Part shown: one piece after another, positions 7,893 through 14,796 of the stretch
How positions within the stretch are numbered: the stretch's first letter is position 1
Layout: every line of letters begins with the position of its first letter
Assembly: GCF_001441165.1 (NCBI RefSeq)
Contig: NZ_CP013126.1
Coordinates: 625,551 to 649,550, forward strand
DNA: 24,000 bases
DNA from: Acidipropionibacterium acidipropionici
GTDB lineage: Bacteria; Actinomycetota; Actinomycetes; Propionibacteriales; Propionibacteriaceae
Reading direction: 5' to 3'
Program-made: the position numbers and the translations under genes
The notes under the pieces: model-generated
Databases searched by the model: none
Told to the model about the DNA's origin: nothing
What the model saw: the letters and a program-made list of their open reading frames with translations, nothing else

Positions 7893-8059
7893 ACCTCCCA
7901 GTGTCCTCGCCGGCGGCGCCGGCGCCCACCGCCGGTACGCACCGTCACGGCGCGGCGCGGATGGCCGCTGCGCTTGACCGACACGCCCCAGATGCCGCGG
8001 CGCCGGGTTCTGGCGGTGGAGCGCAGCGGGGGGATCCTGATCCGAAGTCGTCTGGCCAT
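7889..8059 (-). CDS. Candidate 56-aa arginine-rich micro-ORF (MARRLRIRIPPLRSTARTRRRGIWGVSVKRSGHPRRAVTVRTGGGRRRRRRGHWEV)
   Basis: It is below the ORF-track size cut-off and was found by hand translation. ATG 8059 lies 10 nt after the dehydrogenase stop with GGAG about 5 nt upstream. Its TGA overlaps the ATG of the next gene as ATGA. 19 of the 56 residues are Arg. Against it: rare codons (AGA, CGA, CTT, GTA) and a shadow-ORF-like composition. Confidence 0.35.
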   Translation of the reverse strand: MARRLRIRIPPLRSTARTRRRGIWGVSVKRSGHPRRAVTVRTGGGRRRRRRGHWEV

Positions 8060-8068
8060 GTCTGCTCC

Positions 8069-9103
8069 TCAGGTCAGTGCGAACTGGAGTTTCAGGTCGT
8101 TGGGGCGCGCCTCGGCCGCGCGCTGGAAGACGGACACGGCGTCATCCATCGGGAAGGTCTCGGTGATGAACGGCTTCAGGTCGACCTTCCCGGAGGCGGC
8201 GAGCTCGATCGCCCTGGGGTAGTCGTTGGCGTAGCGGAACACGGTCTGGACCTGAGTCTCGCGGCTCTGCAGCTCGACAACGTCGACCGGCACCTCGCCG
8301 GCGGGCATGCCGACCAGCACCGTCGTGTTGCCGGGTGCGCCGACCTGCCACAGGTCCTTGTAGGCGCCGATCGCTCCGGAGGCCTCGATGACGACGTCGG
8401 CCCCCCAGCCGTCCGTCTCGTCGCTGATGGCCTCCGACATCACCTCCTGCTGCAGGTTGACCGGCCGCAGACCGGGGATCTGCCCGGCGATCTCGAGTTT
8501 CGCCACCGAGACGTCGGAGATGTACACCTTCCCGGCACCACTGGCCAGGGCGACGCAGGCGGCGAGCTGGCCGACGGTTCCGGCGCCGGAGACGGCCACC
8601 GTGTCGCCGGGCTTGACGCCGCCCTTCTCGACGGCGTGCACGGCCACCGCCATCGGTTCCAGCAGGGCGCCCTCGCCGAAGCTCAGCGCGTCGGGCAGGT
8701 GGTAGGTGAAATCGGCCGGGTGGACGACGGCGTCGCACAGGCAGCCGTCGACCGGAGGGGTGGCCCAGAACCGGACGGCAGGGTCGACGTTGTACATGCC
8801 CAGCCGCGATGCCTTCGAGGTCAGGTCGGGGATGCCGGGCTCCATCGCCACCCGGTCGCCGACGTCGAACCCCTCGACGCCGGGGCCCACCTCGGTGACC
8901 ACACCGGAGGCCTCGTGGCCCATCACCATCGGCTCGGTCACCACGAACTTCCCGATATTTCCGTGTTCGACGTAGTGGACGTCGGATCCGCAGATCCCCA
9001 CCGACCTCGGTGCGATCCGCAGCTCGCCCTCGCCCGGATGTCCCGGATCGGGGACCTCGCGGACGGTGAGCTCGTTCTTCTTCTCAAGTACGACAGCCTT
9101 CAC
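8069..9103 (-). CDS. Zinc-dependent medium-chain dehydrogenase, sorbitol/L-iditol/xylitol dehydrogenase-like
   Basis: GTG 9103 is preceded by AAAGGGGG. The catalytic and structural zinc region reads [10 protein letters not shown]...MGHEASGVV. The Rossmann motif is VSGAGTVG, and PMAVAVHA is also present. The length is 344 aa. The 811-aa ORF-track entry is an upstream shadow extension of this gene. Confidence 0.9.
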   Translation of the reverse strand: MKAVVLEKKNELTVREVPDPGHPGEGELRIAPRSVGICGSDVHYVEHGNIGKFVVTEPMVMGHEASGVVTEVGPGVEGFDVGDRVAMEPGIPDLTSKASRLGMYNVDPAVRFWATPPVDGCLCDAVVHPADFTYHLPDALSFGEGALLEPMAVAVHAVEKGGVKPGDTVAVSGAGTVGQLAACVALASGAGKVYISDVSVAKLEIAGQIPGLRPVNLQQEVMSEAISDETDGWGADVVIEASGAIGAYKDLWQVGAPGNTTVLVGMPAGEVPVDVVELQSRETQVQTVFRYANDYPRAIELAASGKVDLKPFITETFPMDDAVSVFQRAAEARPNDLKLQFALT

Positions 9104-9214
9104 AGCTATGTGCCCCCTTTCACCTTCGACGGTAGGTGCGCCACAGGCGTGGTCAAGGGCCCTGTTCCAGGGCTCCGGTTTGGCGCAGCTCGCTATCTTG
9201 GGCCTCTCATCACC

Positions 9215-9889
9215 GTGACCGCCCTGGATGCCGAGAGGTTCTTCTTGCTTGACTCCATCGCCGGCCAGGTCGTCTCGCTCATGGAGGTCCTCGGATCCCT
9301 GGGCGTCGGCCTGGCGATCCTCATCGAGACCGTCTTCCCACCCGTTCCCAGCGAGGTGATTCTGCCGCTGGCGGGATTCACGTCCACCCAGGGAGACCTG
9401 AATGTCCTCGCGGCCTTCGGCGCCGCGACCGCCGGATCCCTCATCGGCGCCTACATCCTCTACTGGTTGGGTGCGGCGATCGGGGCGCAGCGGCTGCGTG
9501 CACTCGCCGACCGGATCTGGCTCGTCGAGGCCGCCGACGTCGACCGGGCCCTGGCCTGGTTCGACCGCTACGGCGAGGCGTCCGTCCTTGTCGGACGGGT
9601 GATGCCGGGGGTGCGCAGCCTGGTGTCGATCCCCGCGGGGGTGCATCGGATGGGGCTGACGAAGTTCACCGCCCTGACTCTGGCCGGCTCCGCGGTGTGG
9701 AATGCGGCTCTGATCTGGCTGGGGGCTGCGTTGGGGTCGAACTGGCGGGTGGTGTCCCACACCATCGACCAGTACTCGGCGTGGGTGTATGCGGCCCTGC
9801 TGCTGGCCGCGGCCGTGGGCTTCGTGATGCTGGTGCGGCGCTCGGTCGGTCGCGGCCGGCGCCGGGAGCGGACCGGGAGCGACGCCTGA
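9215..9889 (+). CDS. DedA family (SNARE-associated/VTT domain) membrane protein
   Basis: Family signatures are ILIETVFPPVPSEVILPLAGF and GRVMPGVRSLVSIPAGV, with several TM segments. The start is taken as the in-frame GTG 9215 and is uncertain. Only the last part of the 671-aa ORF-track entry is real. Confidence 0.85.
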   Translation: MTALDAERFFLLDSIAGQVVSLMEVLGSLGVGLAILIETVFPPVPSEVILPLAGFTSTQGDLNVLAAFGAATAGSLIGAYILYWLGAAIGAQRLRALADRIWLVEAADVDRALAWFDRYGEASVLVGRVMPGVRSLVSIPAGVHRMGLTKFTALTLAGSAVWNAALIWLGAALGSNWRVVSHTIDQYSAWVYAALLLAAAVGFVMLVRRSVGRGRRRERTGSDA

Positions 9890-9904
9890 CGGCATCATGG
9901 CCCT

Positions 9905-10843
9905 GTGATGTCTGAACTGGAGGCGGTGCGCCGGACGCTGGAGGCCGGCGGGTACGTCGACCTCTCCTGCGCCCCGCCGCTGGAGCTCACCGAGCCGCTG
10001 CGGATCACCCGCCCTACCGTGCTGGTGGGAGGGGATCTCACCGCTGCGGATGGAGCGCCGGCCCTGGAGGTGACGTCGTCGCGGGTGCGGATCGTCGGGA
10101 CACGGATCCGCGGGAGCGCCGTCACGGGATCGGTCCGGGATCCGGGCGAGATCCTGATCCACGCCCTCGGCACCGAGCATCAGCCTCTTCACGACGTCGT
10201 CATCCGGGGCTGTTCGCTGTCCGACAGTCGCTCGGACGCCGTCAGGCTCGAGTGGTGCCGGAGCTCGTCGGTGACCGGATGCGGCGTCGACCATGTGCTC
10301 TACGCCGGGGTGATGTGCCTGTCGTGCAGCGGGGTGCTGGTGGCCGACAACCGGATCGCCGATATTCCGCTCACCGCAGGGACCGTCGACGGGTACGGGA
10401 TCGCCTTCTCCGATGCCGGCAACACCGAGGCGTCCCGTTCTCGGGACTGCCGGGCGGTGAGAAATGTCATCGAGCTGGTCGACCGCGAGGGGATCGACAC
10501 CCACGGAGGCCTGGGGATCCGCATCACCGACAATGTGGTGCGCGGATGCGCCCGCGGCATCGCGGTGGTCTCGGGCAATGAGAGCCGGCGGGTGGCGCCG
10601 CAGCGCTGCCTGGTGGCGAGGAATCTGATCGACGCCGCCGGCGTGCGGGCCGCGGGCCTCGAGGCGGTGGCCTTCCGCGGCATTGCGGGGAACCCGGCGA
10701 CGGGTCTGGTTCTGGGCAACACAGTGCGGCGCTATCGCCGCCCCTTCTCCATCTGGCAGGCCGAGGCCGTCCGCGAATGGCTCGGGCGGGGCCGCGGCTT
10801 CCCCCGCGAGCGTCGGCTCTGGGGACGGTTTCGGACAGGCTGA
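9905..10843 (+). CDS. Right-handed parallel beta-helix repeat protein (PbH1-like), with no signal peptide
   Basis: It contains repeated about 22-25 aa units with the pattern v.I.gc.i.....dai.l (VVIRGCSLSDSRSDAVRLEW, SVTGCGVDHVLYAGVMCL, VLVADNRIADI, IRITDNVVRGCARGIAVV, LVARNLID). The N-terminus MMSELEAVRRTLEAGG is hydrophilic. The start is GTG 9905 or ATG 9908, 15 nt after the dedA stop, with no clear SD. Confidence 0.75.
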   Translation: MMSELEAVRRTLEAGGYVDLSCAPPLELTEPLRITRPTVLVGGDLTAADGAPALEVTSSRVRIVGTRIRGSAVTGSVRDPGEILIHALGTEHQPLHDVVIRGCSLSDSRSDAVRLEWCRSSSVTGCGVDHVLYAGVMCLSCSGVLVADNRIADIPLTAGTVDGYGIAFSDAGNTEASRSRDCRAVRNVIELVDREGIDTHGGLGIRITDNVVRGCARGIAVVSGNESRRVAPQRCLVARNLIDAAGVRAAGLEAVAFRGIAGNPATGLVLGNTVRRYRRPFSIWQAEAVREWLGRGRGFPRERRLWGRFRTG

Positions 10844-10875
10844 AAGGGCGACGTCCCGGTTGTTATCGTCGGAGA

Positions 10876-12216
10876 ATGACCGCGCAGCTCTCCGATATCG
10901 GACAGACCACCATCGACCTTCTCGTCGAACTGGTGAGGAACGGCTGTGAGAACGATCTCACCCCCGACTCGGGGCAGGAGATCCGCAGCGCCGAGACCCT
11001 GGAGCGATTCTTCGACGGTGCGCCGGTGACCATCCGGCGCGTCGAGCCGCATCCGGGCCGGACCACCCTGGTCGTCTCCGTGGAGGGGTCCGATGAATTC
11101 GCCGAGCCCCTCACCCTGCTGGGGCACACCGACGTGGTGCCCGTCGATCGAGCGGCCTGGAGTCACGATCCCTTCGGCGCAGAGATCGCCGATGGGCAGA
11201 TCTGGGGGCGCGGGACCGTCGACATGCTGGGACTCACTGCGGCGATGGCAACCGTCACCCGCGATCTCGCCCGCAGCACCCGGCCGCGCGGCACCCTCAC
11301 CTTCGTCGCGGTGGCCGACGAGGAGGCCCGCGGCGGGTTGGGCGCCGGGTGGCTGGCGCAGCATCAGCCGGATCTGTTCAGCTGGGGGAACTGCATCTCC
11401 GAATTCGGCGGCTCCCATCTGCCAGTCCGCGACGGGTCGGACGCCGTCGTCGTGGCGGTCGGCGAGAAGGGCGCTGCTCAGCGGCGTCTCACCGTGCGCA
11501 CCGAACCCGGTCACGGATCGACGCCGTGGCGCCGCCCCTCCGCCGTCCAGAGGATCGCCGAGGTGGCCGTCAGGATCGCCGCCCTGCAGCCGCCGGCCTC
11601 CCACGACCCTCTGTGGCGAGACTTCGTCCAGGCCTTCCGCTTCGACCCCGACACCGAGCGCGCCCTGCTCGCCGGAGCCGATGACGACGCCTACGAGGCC
11701 TTCGGCCCGCTGGCGCGCTACGCCCACGCCATCTCCCACCTCACGGTCGCCGAGACCGTGATCGGCGCGGGGCGTGCCATCAATGTCATTCCCGGCACGG
11801 CGTCGCTGGAGCTGGACATCCGCACCCTGCCCGGCCAGAGCGACGACGACGTCGACCGGGTGCTGCGCACCGCCCTGGGCGACATGGCCGACGAAGTGGA
11901 GATCGAGCATCTGATCAGCGAGCCGGCGACCGCCTCCCCCACCGACACCGAGCTATACCGGGCCATCGAGGCGACGATCGACGAGTTCTTCCCCGGCGTT
12001 CCGGTGGTGCCGACCATCGGGTCGGGAGGCTCGGACCTGCGCTTCGCCCGCCATATGGGCGGAGTCGGCTACGGCTTCTCGCTGTACCGCAGGGAGCGGA
12101 CCCTCGGCGAGGTGCAGGGCCTGTGGCACGGCACTGACGAGCACATCGGGGTGGACGACGTCGATCTCACCGCCCGGGCCCTGCACCGACTCGTGGGACG
12201 GTTCATCGGAGCCTGA
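10876..12216 (+). CDS. M20/M25/M40 family metallopeptidase (ArgE/DapE-like dipeptidase/deacylase)
   Basis: ATG 10876 follows GGAGA directly. Metal-binding motifs are LLGHTDVVP, GRGTVDMLG and ADEEARGG, plus a C-terminal GGSDLRF...HGTDEHI. I rejected the 5' extension in the ORF track (10777). Confidence 0.88.
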   Translation: MTAQLSDIGQTTIDLLVELVRNGCENDLTPDSGQEIRSAETLERFFDGAPVTIRRVEPHPGRTTLVVSVEGSDEFAEPLTLLGHTDVVPVDRAAWSHDPFGAEIADGQIWGRGTVDMLGLTAAMATVTRDLARSTRPRGTLTFVAVADEEARGGLGAGWLAQHQPDLFSWGNCISEFGGSHLPVRDGSDAVVVAVGEKGAAQRRLTVRTEPGHGSTPWRRPSAVQRIAEVAVRIAALQPPASHDPLWRDFVQAFRFDPDTERALLAGADDDAYEAFGPLARYAHAISHLTVAETVIGAGRAINVIPGTASLELDIRTLPGQSDDDVDRVLRTALGDMADEVEIEHLISEPATASPTDTELYRAIEATIDEFFPGVPVVPTIGSGGSDLRFARHMGGVGYGFSLYRRERTLGEVQGLWHGTDEHIGVDDVDLTARALHRLVGRFIGA

Positions 12217-12238
12217 CCGCTACCGGATGAACAGCCTG

Positions 12239-12276
12239 ATCGGGCGGGGCCGCGAATATCCACGGCCCCGCCCGAT
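12239..12276. terminator. Bidirectional terminator hairpin between convergent genes (perfect 14-bp GC-rich stem, 10-nt loop)
   Basis: The structure is ATCGGGCGGGGCCG-cgaatatcca-CGGCCCCGCCCGAT, followed by TTCTGG. It lies 23 nt after the M20 stop and 26 nt after the DUF4232 stop. Confidence 0.75.
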
Positions 12277-12301
12277 TCTGGCGAGGATGGGTCTGAGGTG
12301 A

Positions 12302-12856
12302 TCAGCTGGTCGGATTCATCTGGGTCACCTGGAGCCAGACGACATCGCTTGAGCAGGCCCACAGACCCGGGTACGGGGCGTAGAGGGCCCTGGTGTCGTT
12401 CGGCGGGTAGATCCGCCACCCGTCGGCCTTGACCGCCTTGCAGTCCGCGCCCAGGATCCCGCCGTTCTCGTCGATATTGACGGCGTTGATCTTGGCGGTG
12501 GCGGTGGCGCCGGGATTCAGCACCTTGGGCTGGCCCGCCGGAGAGTTCGACCAGTCGGCAGGCTGCCCGATCTGGGTGCCGTCACCGTGGCCGACCACCG
12601 AGACGCCGGGGAATCCGGCCATTCGGCAGCTCTCCGGGGACACATTCTTGAAGTTCACCTGATATCCCGTGTGCCCGGCTCCGTCAGAATTCGGAATATG
12701 GGTCACAGAGGCCCTCAGCATCGGCTGGGAGCACGCCTGATCCCCCCGGTCAGGGAGACCCGCAGCATTGGCCACGGTCCCCGCGCCGGCCATCCCGAGC
12801 CCGAGAAGTGCGGCACTCACGACTGCCGCGGCCTTTGTCCGTCTGCGTGTTGTCAT
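12302..12856 (-). CDS. Secreted DUF4232 domain protein (intact paralog)
   Basis: ATG 12856 is preceded by AAAGGGG. The signal peptide is MTTRRRTKAAAVVSAALLGLGMAGAGTVANA. The core reads ACSQPML...GHTGYQVNFKNVSPESCRMAGFPGVSVVGHGDGTQIG...DCKAVKADGWRIYPP. The ORF-track start at 12958 is rejected. Confidence 0.85.
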   Translation of the reverse strand: MTTRRRTKAAAVVSAALLGLGMAGAGTVANAAGLPDRGDQACSQPMLRASVTHIPNSDGAGHTGYQVNFKNVSPESCRMAGFPGVSVVGHGDGTQIGQPADWSNSPAGQPKVLNPGATATAKINAVNIDENGGILGADCKAVKADGWRIYPPNDTRALYAPYPGLWACSSDVVWLQVTQMNPTS

Positions 12857-13137
12857 GTCGTTACCCCTTTCGGAATGAACGCAATCCACCGTAAGACGGA
12901 AAGGGTCACCGCCCCAGGGTCTTATCCTCTCAGGATCCCGGATAGTTAACGCGGACAAGCACTTTTACGGTATCTAAGAATTCGCATTCCAAGAATTCCT
13001 CATGTCTGAGACCGCGCTCTCATGTTCTCAGGACGGCGCCGTCTCCCCGCCCCGGAGGCCGCCCTGCGGACCGCCTCCACGGCCCGGTTGCGAGGCCGTA
13101 ACGTCGTGACGCACGCCCCGTCGATCGGAGGAGATCC

Positions 13138-13938
13138 ATGGACATCTCATCGCCCACCGTCCTGAGCCTGAGCGGCGTCACCTTCCGGCGCAACGCCAAG
13201 GAGATCCTCGACGACATCTCATTCGAGGTGAGTCGGGGCGAGCACTGGGTGATGCTCGGGGCCAACGGGGCGGGGAAATCCACCATCCTCGGGTTCTGCG
13301 GGGCGATGGTCCACCCGACGACGGGGACCGTGAAGGTACTCGGTCACCAGTTGGGGAAGGTGGAGCTCCAGGCCCTGCGACCCCACATCGGGCACGTCGA
13401 CCCCAGGCACCGGGTGCGCCCGCTCATGACGGTGACCCAGGTGGTGCTCACCGGCATCACCGGAACCGTCCTGCTGCCGATCCGCTGGTCGCCGAGTGAC
13501 GCCGACCTCGCCCGGGCGGCCGATCTCATCGGTCAGCTGGGACTCACCCGGATCGCCGGGGACCGCTGGCAGACCCTGTCCCAGGGGGAGCGGGGACGGA
13601 CCCTCATCGCCCGGGCCCTGATCGCCGAACCGGCCCTCATGCTCTTCGACGAGCCCACCACCGGGTTGGACGTCGCCGCCCGGGAGCAGCTGCTGGAGAC
13701 CATCGATCTGCTGGCCGAGACCCATCCGGATCTCACCTCGGTACTGGTGACCCATCATCTGGAGGAGCTTCCGTCGACCACCACGCATGCCCTGCTGCTG
13801 GCCGACGGCAGGGTGGTGACGGCCGGCCCGGCGGCGGACGTCCTCACCAGTGAGAACATCTCCCGGACCTTCGACTATCCGATCGAGGTCGAGTTCCGCG
13901 ACGGTCGCTGGACGGCCAGGACGCGGCGGGGCCGGTGA
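13138..13938 (+). CDS. ABC transporter-type ATP-binding protein (stand-alone NBD, ModF/YlmA-like)
   Basis: RBS GGAGGA lies upstream of ATG 13138. It has Walker A GANGAGKST, signature LSQGERGR, Walker B LMLFDEPTTGLD and H-loop VTHHLEE. No permease or substrate-binding gene is adjacent. Confidence 0.9.
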   Translation: MDISSPTVLSLSGVTFRRNAKEILDDISFEVSRGEHWVMLGANGAGKSTILGFCGAMVHPTTGTVKVLGHQLGKVELQALRPHIGHVDPRHRVRPLMTVTQVVLTGITGTVLLPIRWSPSDADLARAADLIGQLGLTRIAGDRWQTLSQGERGRTLIARALIAEPALMLFDEPTTGLDVAAREQLLETIDLLAETHPDLTSVLVTHHLEELPSTTTHALLLADGRVVTAGPAADVLTSENISRTFDYPIEVEFRDGRWTARTRRGR

Positions 13939-13940
13939 CG

Positions 13941-13973
13941 TCGCGACATGTCACCGCGCGTGACACGTCGCGA
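13941..13973. terminator. Hairpin between convergent genes (14-bp stem with one mismatch, 5-nt loop)
   Basis: The structure is TCGCGACATGTCAC-cgcgc-GTGACACGTCGCGA. It begins 3 nt after the ABC ATPase stop and lies 46 nt from the exonuclease stop. The mismatch becomes a G-U pair on the minus-strand RNA. Confidence 0.55.
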
Positions 13974-14018
13974 GAACGTGTTACATCTCGGCCGGTTTTC
14001 TAACACATCCAAGGCGGC

Positions 14019-14735
14019 TCACTCCTGGGGCCAGGCCCGGGAGACATCGTCCCGCTTGCCCTTCGATCGCAGCCAGGAGCCGAAGTTGTCGGCCCATTTC
14101 CGGTGCTCGGCGACCTGGTAGTCGTGAAGCTGCGCGGCGTCCATCGACGCCGCCTTCGGATACCTCGCGGCCATCTCGGCGAGGACGTCGAGCATCATCG
14201 CGACGTCGACCTCGGCGGTGTGGGCGTTGCCGTTGGCCGTCACCTGGTAGACCTCCGTCATCGCCGCCAGTGTCCGCTTGCCCCGCCGGTAGCGGTCCAG
14301 AGCGTGGTCGAGCACGAGCGGGTCGATGACCGGGGCGGGCGCCCCTCCCAGTCGCTCCTCGAGGGACCCCAGCTCGTGACGTCGCAGCTCCTCGTTGATG
14401 ACGGTGAGATCGAAGGGGGCGTTGAAGATCACCACCGGCAACCCCTGCGACCAGTGCTCGACCAGCGCGTCAGCCACCTCATCGAGCACCTCGACGACCG
14501 GGCGCCCCTCGCCCCGCGCCCTCTCGGTGGTGATGCCGTGGATGCGGGTGGCCCCCTCGGGGATCGCCACGCCGGGATCGGCCAGCCAGGTGCGCGGCTC
14601 GTCGGGGCCGTTCTCGCCGGCGCCGCCGGGTCGCAGCACCAGTGCCGCGGTGACCAGCCGGTCATGGAAGGGATCGGCGCCGGTGGTCTCGGTGTCCAGG
14701 CCCAGCCAGGGGGTGTCAGTCCAGTTCACAGTCAT
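14019..14735 (-). CDS. DEDDh (DnaQ-like) 3'-5' exonuclease
   Basis: Exo I is LGLDTETTG, Exo II is VIFNAPFDLTVI and Exo III is HTAEVDVAM. The start is taken as ATG 14735 (MTVNWTDTPW) after GAAGGA. The longer ORF-track start (14831) would run through the inverted repeat and the putative promoter. Confidence 0.88.
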   Translation of the reverse strand: MTVNWTDTPWLGLDTETTGADPFHDRLVTAALVLRPGGAGENGPDEPRTWLADPGVAIPEGATRIHGITTERARGEGRPVVEVLDEVADALVEHWSQGLPVVIFNAPFDLTVINEELRRHELGSLEERLGGAPAPVIDPLVLDHALDRYRRGKRTLAAMTEVYQVTANGNAHTAEVDVAMMLDVLAEMAARYPKAASMDAAQLHDYQVAEHRKWADNFGSWLRSKGKRDDVSRAWPQE

Positions 14736-14755
14736 TCCTTCGTCGGATGACCGCC

Positions 14756-14778
14756 ACTCTGCCTCACCCCACCGACAA
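14756..14778 (-). promoter_or_regulatory. RecA-NDp/PafBC-type promoter motif: TTGTCGGTG-N8-CAGAGT
   Basis: The minus strand reads ggaTTGTCGGTGgggtgaggCAGAGTggcggtcatccgacgaaggaATG. The upstream element matches the published consensus tTGTCRgtg at 9 of 9 positions with the correct 8-nt spacing. The hexamer keeps A2 and T6 of TAnnnT but has C at position 1. It ends 20 nt before ATG 14735. Confidence 0.45.
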
Positions 14779-14796
14779 TCCGGTCCCCTACCAGCA

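Noticed and set aside
7976-7984. Additional TGTCGGT cores (GTGTCGGTC on the minus strand at 7976-7984, and GTGTCGGTG on the minus strand at 11940-11948 and at 4175-4183)
   Set aside because: All lie inside coding sequence or the micro-ORF and lack an A2/T6 hexamer 8 nt downstream. A rough base-composition estimate predicts a few chance hits per window. They are recorded as the background against which the two promoter-positioned hits should be judged.
9159-9173. The palindrome GCCCTG-ttc-CAGGGC in the dehydrogenase/dedA divergent region, and the 9-nt direct repeat CAGACGCCG at 18809 and 18833
   Set aside because: They are short and GC-rich with no supporting context, such as a cognate regulator or a second copy, so they are likely chance occurrences.
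7874-9889. A 671-aa plus-strand ORF, and the 6990-8222 plus-strand ORF
   Set aside because: Only the last roughly 224 codons have DedA motifs and TM segments. The rest is antisense to the dehydrogenase and the small minus-strand genes and has a shadow-ORF composition.
8069-10504. An 811-aa minus-strand ORF
   Set aside because: Only the C-terminal 344 codons, from GTG 9103 with its own SD, encode the dehydrogenase. The upstream part is Arg/Pro/Gly-rich junk antisense to dedA and the beta-helix gene.
13032-13099. A series of short GC hairpins upstream of the ABC ATPase (the GACGGCGCCGTC palindrome, a GGAGGC...GCCTCC stem and an ACGGCC...GGCCGT stem), considered as a possible riboswitch or attenuator
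   Set aside because: Stems of only 6 bp are expected by chance at this GC content. I recognise no riboswitch consensus. An Rfam/Infernal scan would be needed to revive the idea.
13002-13109. A 35-codon ORF (MSETALSCSQDGAVSPPRRPPCGPPPRPGCEAVTS) in the leader of the ABC ATPase gene
   Set aside because: It has no SD and its Pro/Arg-rich composition is indistinguishable from random GC-rich sequence. There is no coupling geometry comparable to the 7889-8059 case.
13973-13985. AGAACGTGTTACA, considered as a LexA (Cheo/SOS) box near the exonuclease gene
   Set aside because: Only the GAAC half matches. The second half is TTAC/TACA instead of GTTC. The site also lies at the 3' end of the gene, not in its promoter.
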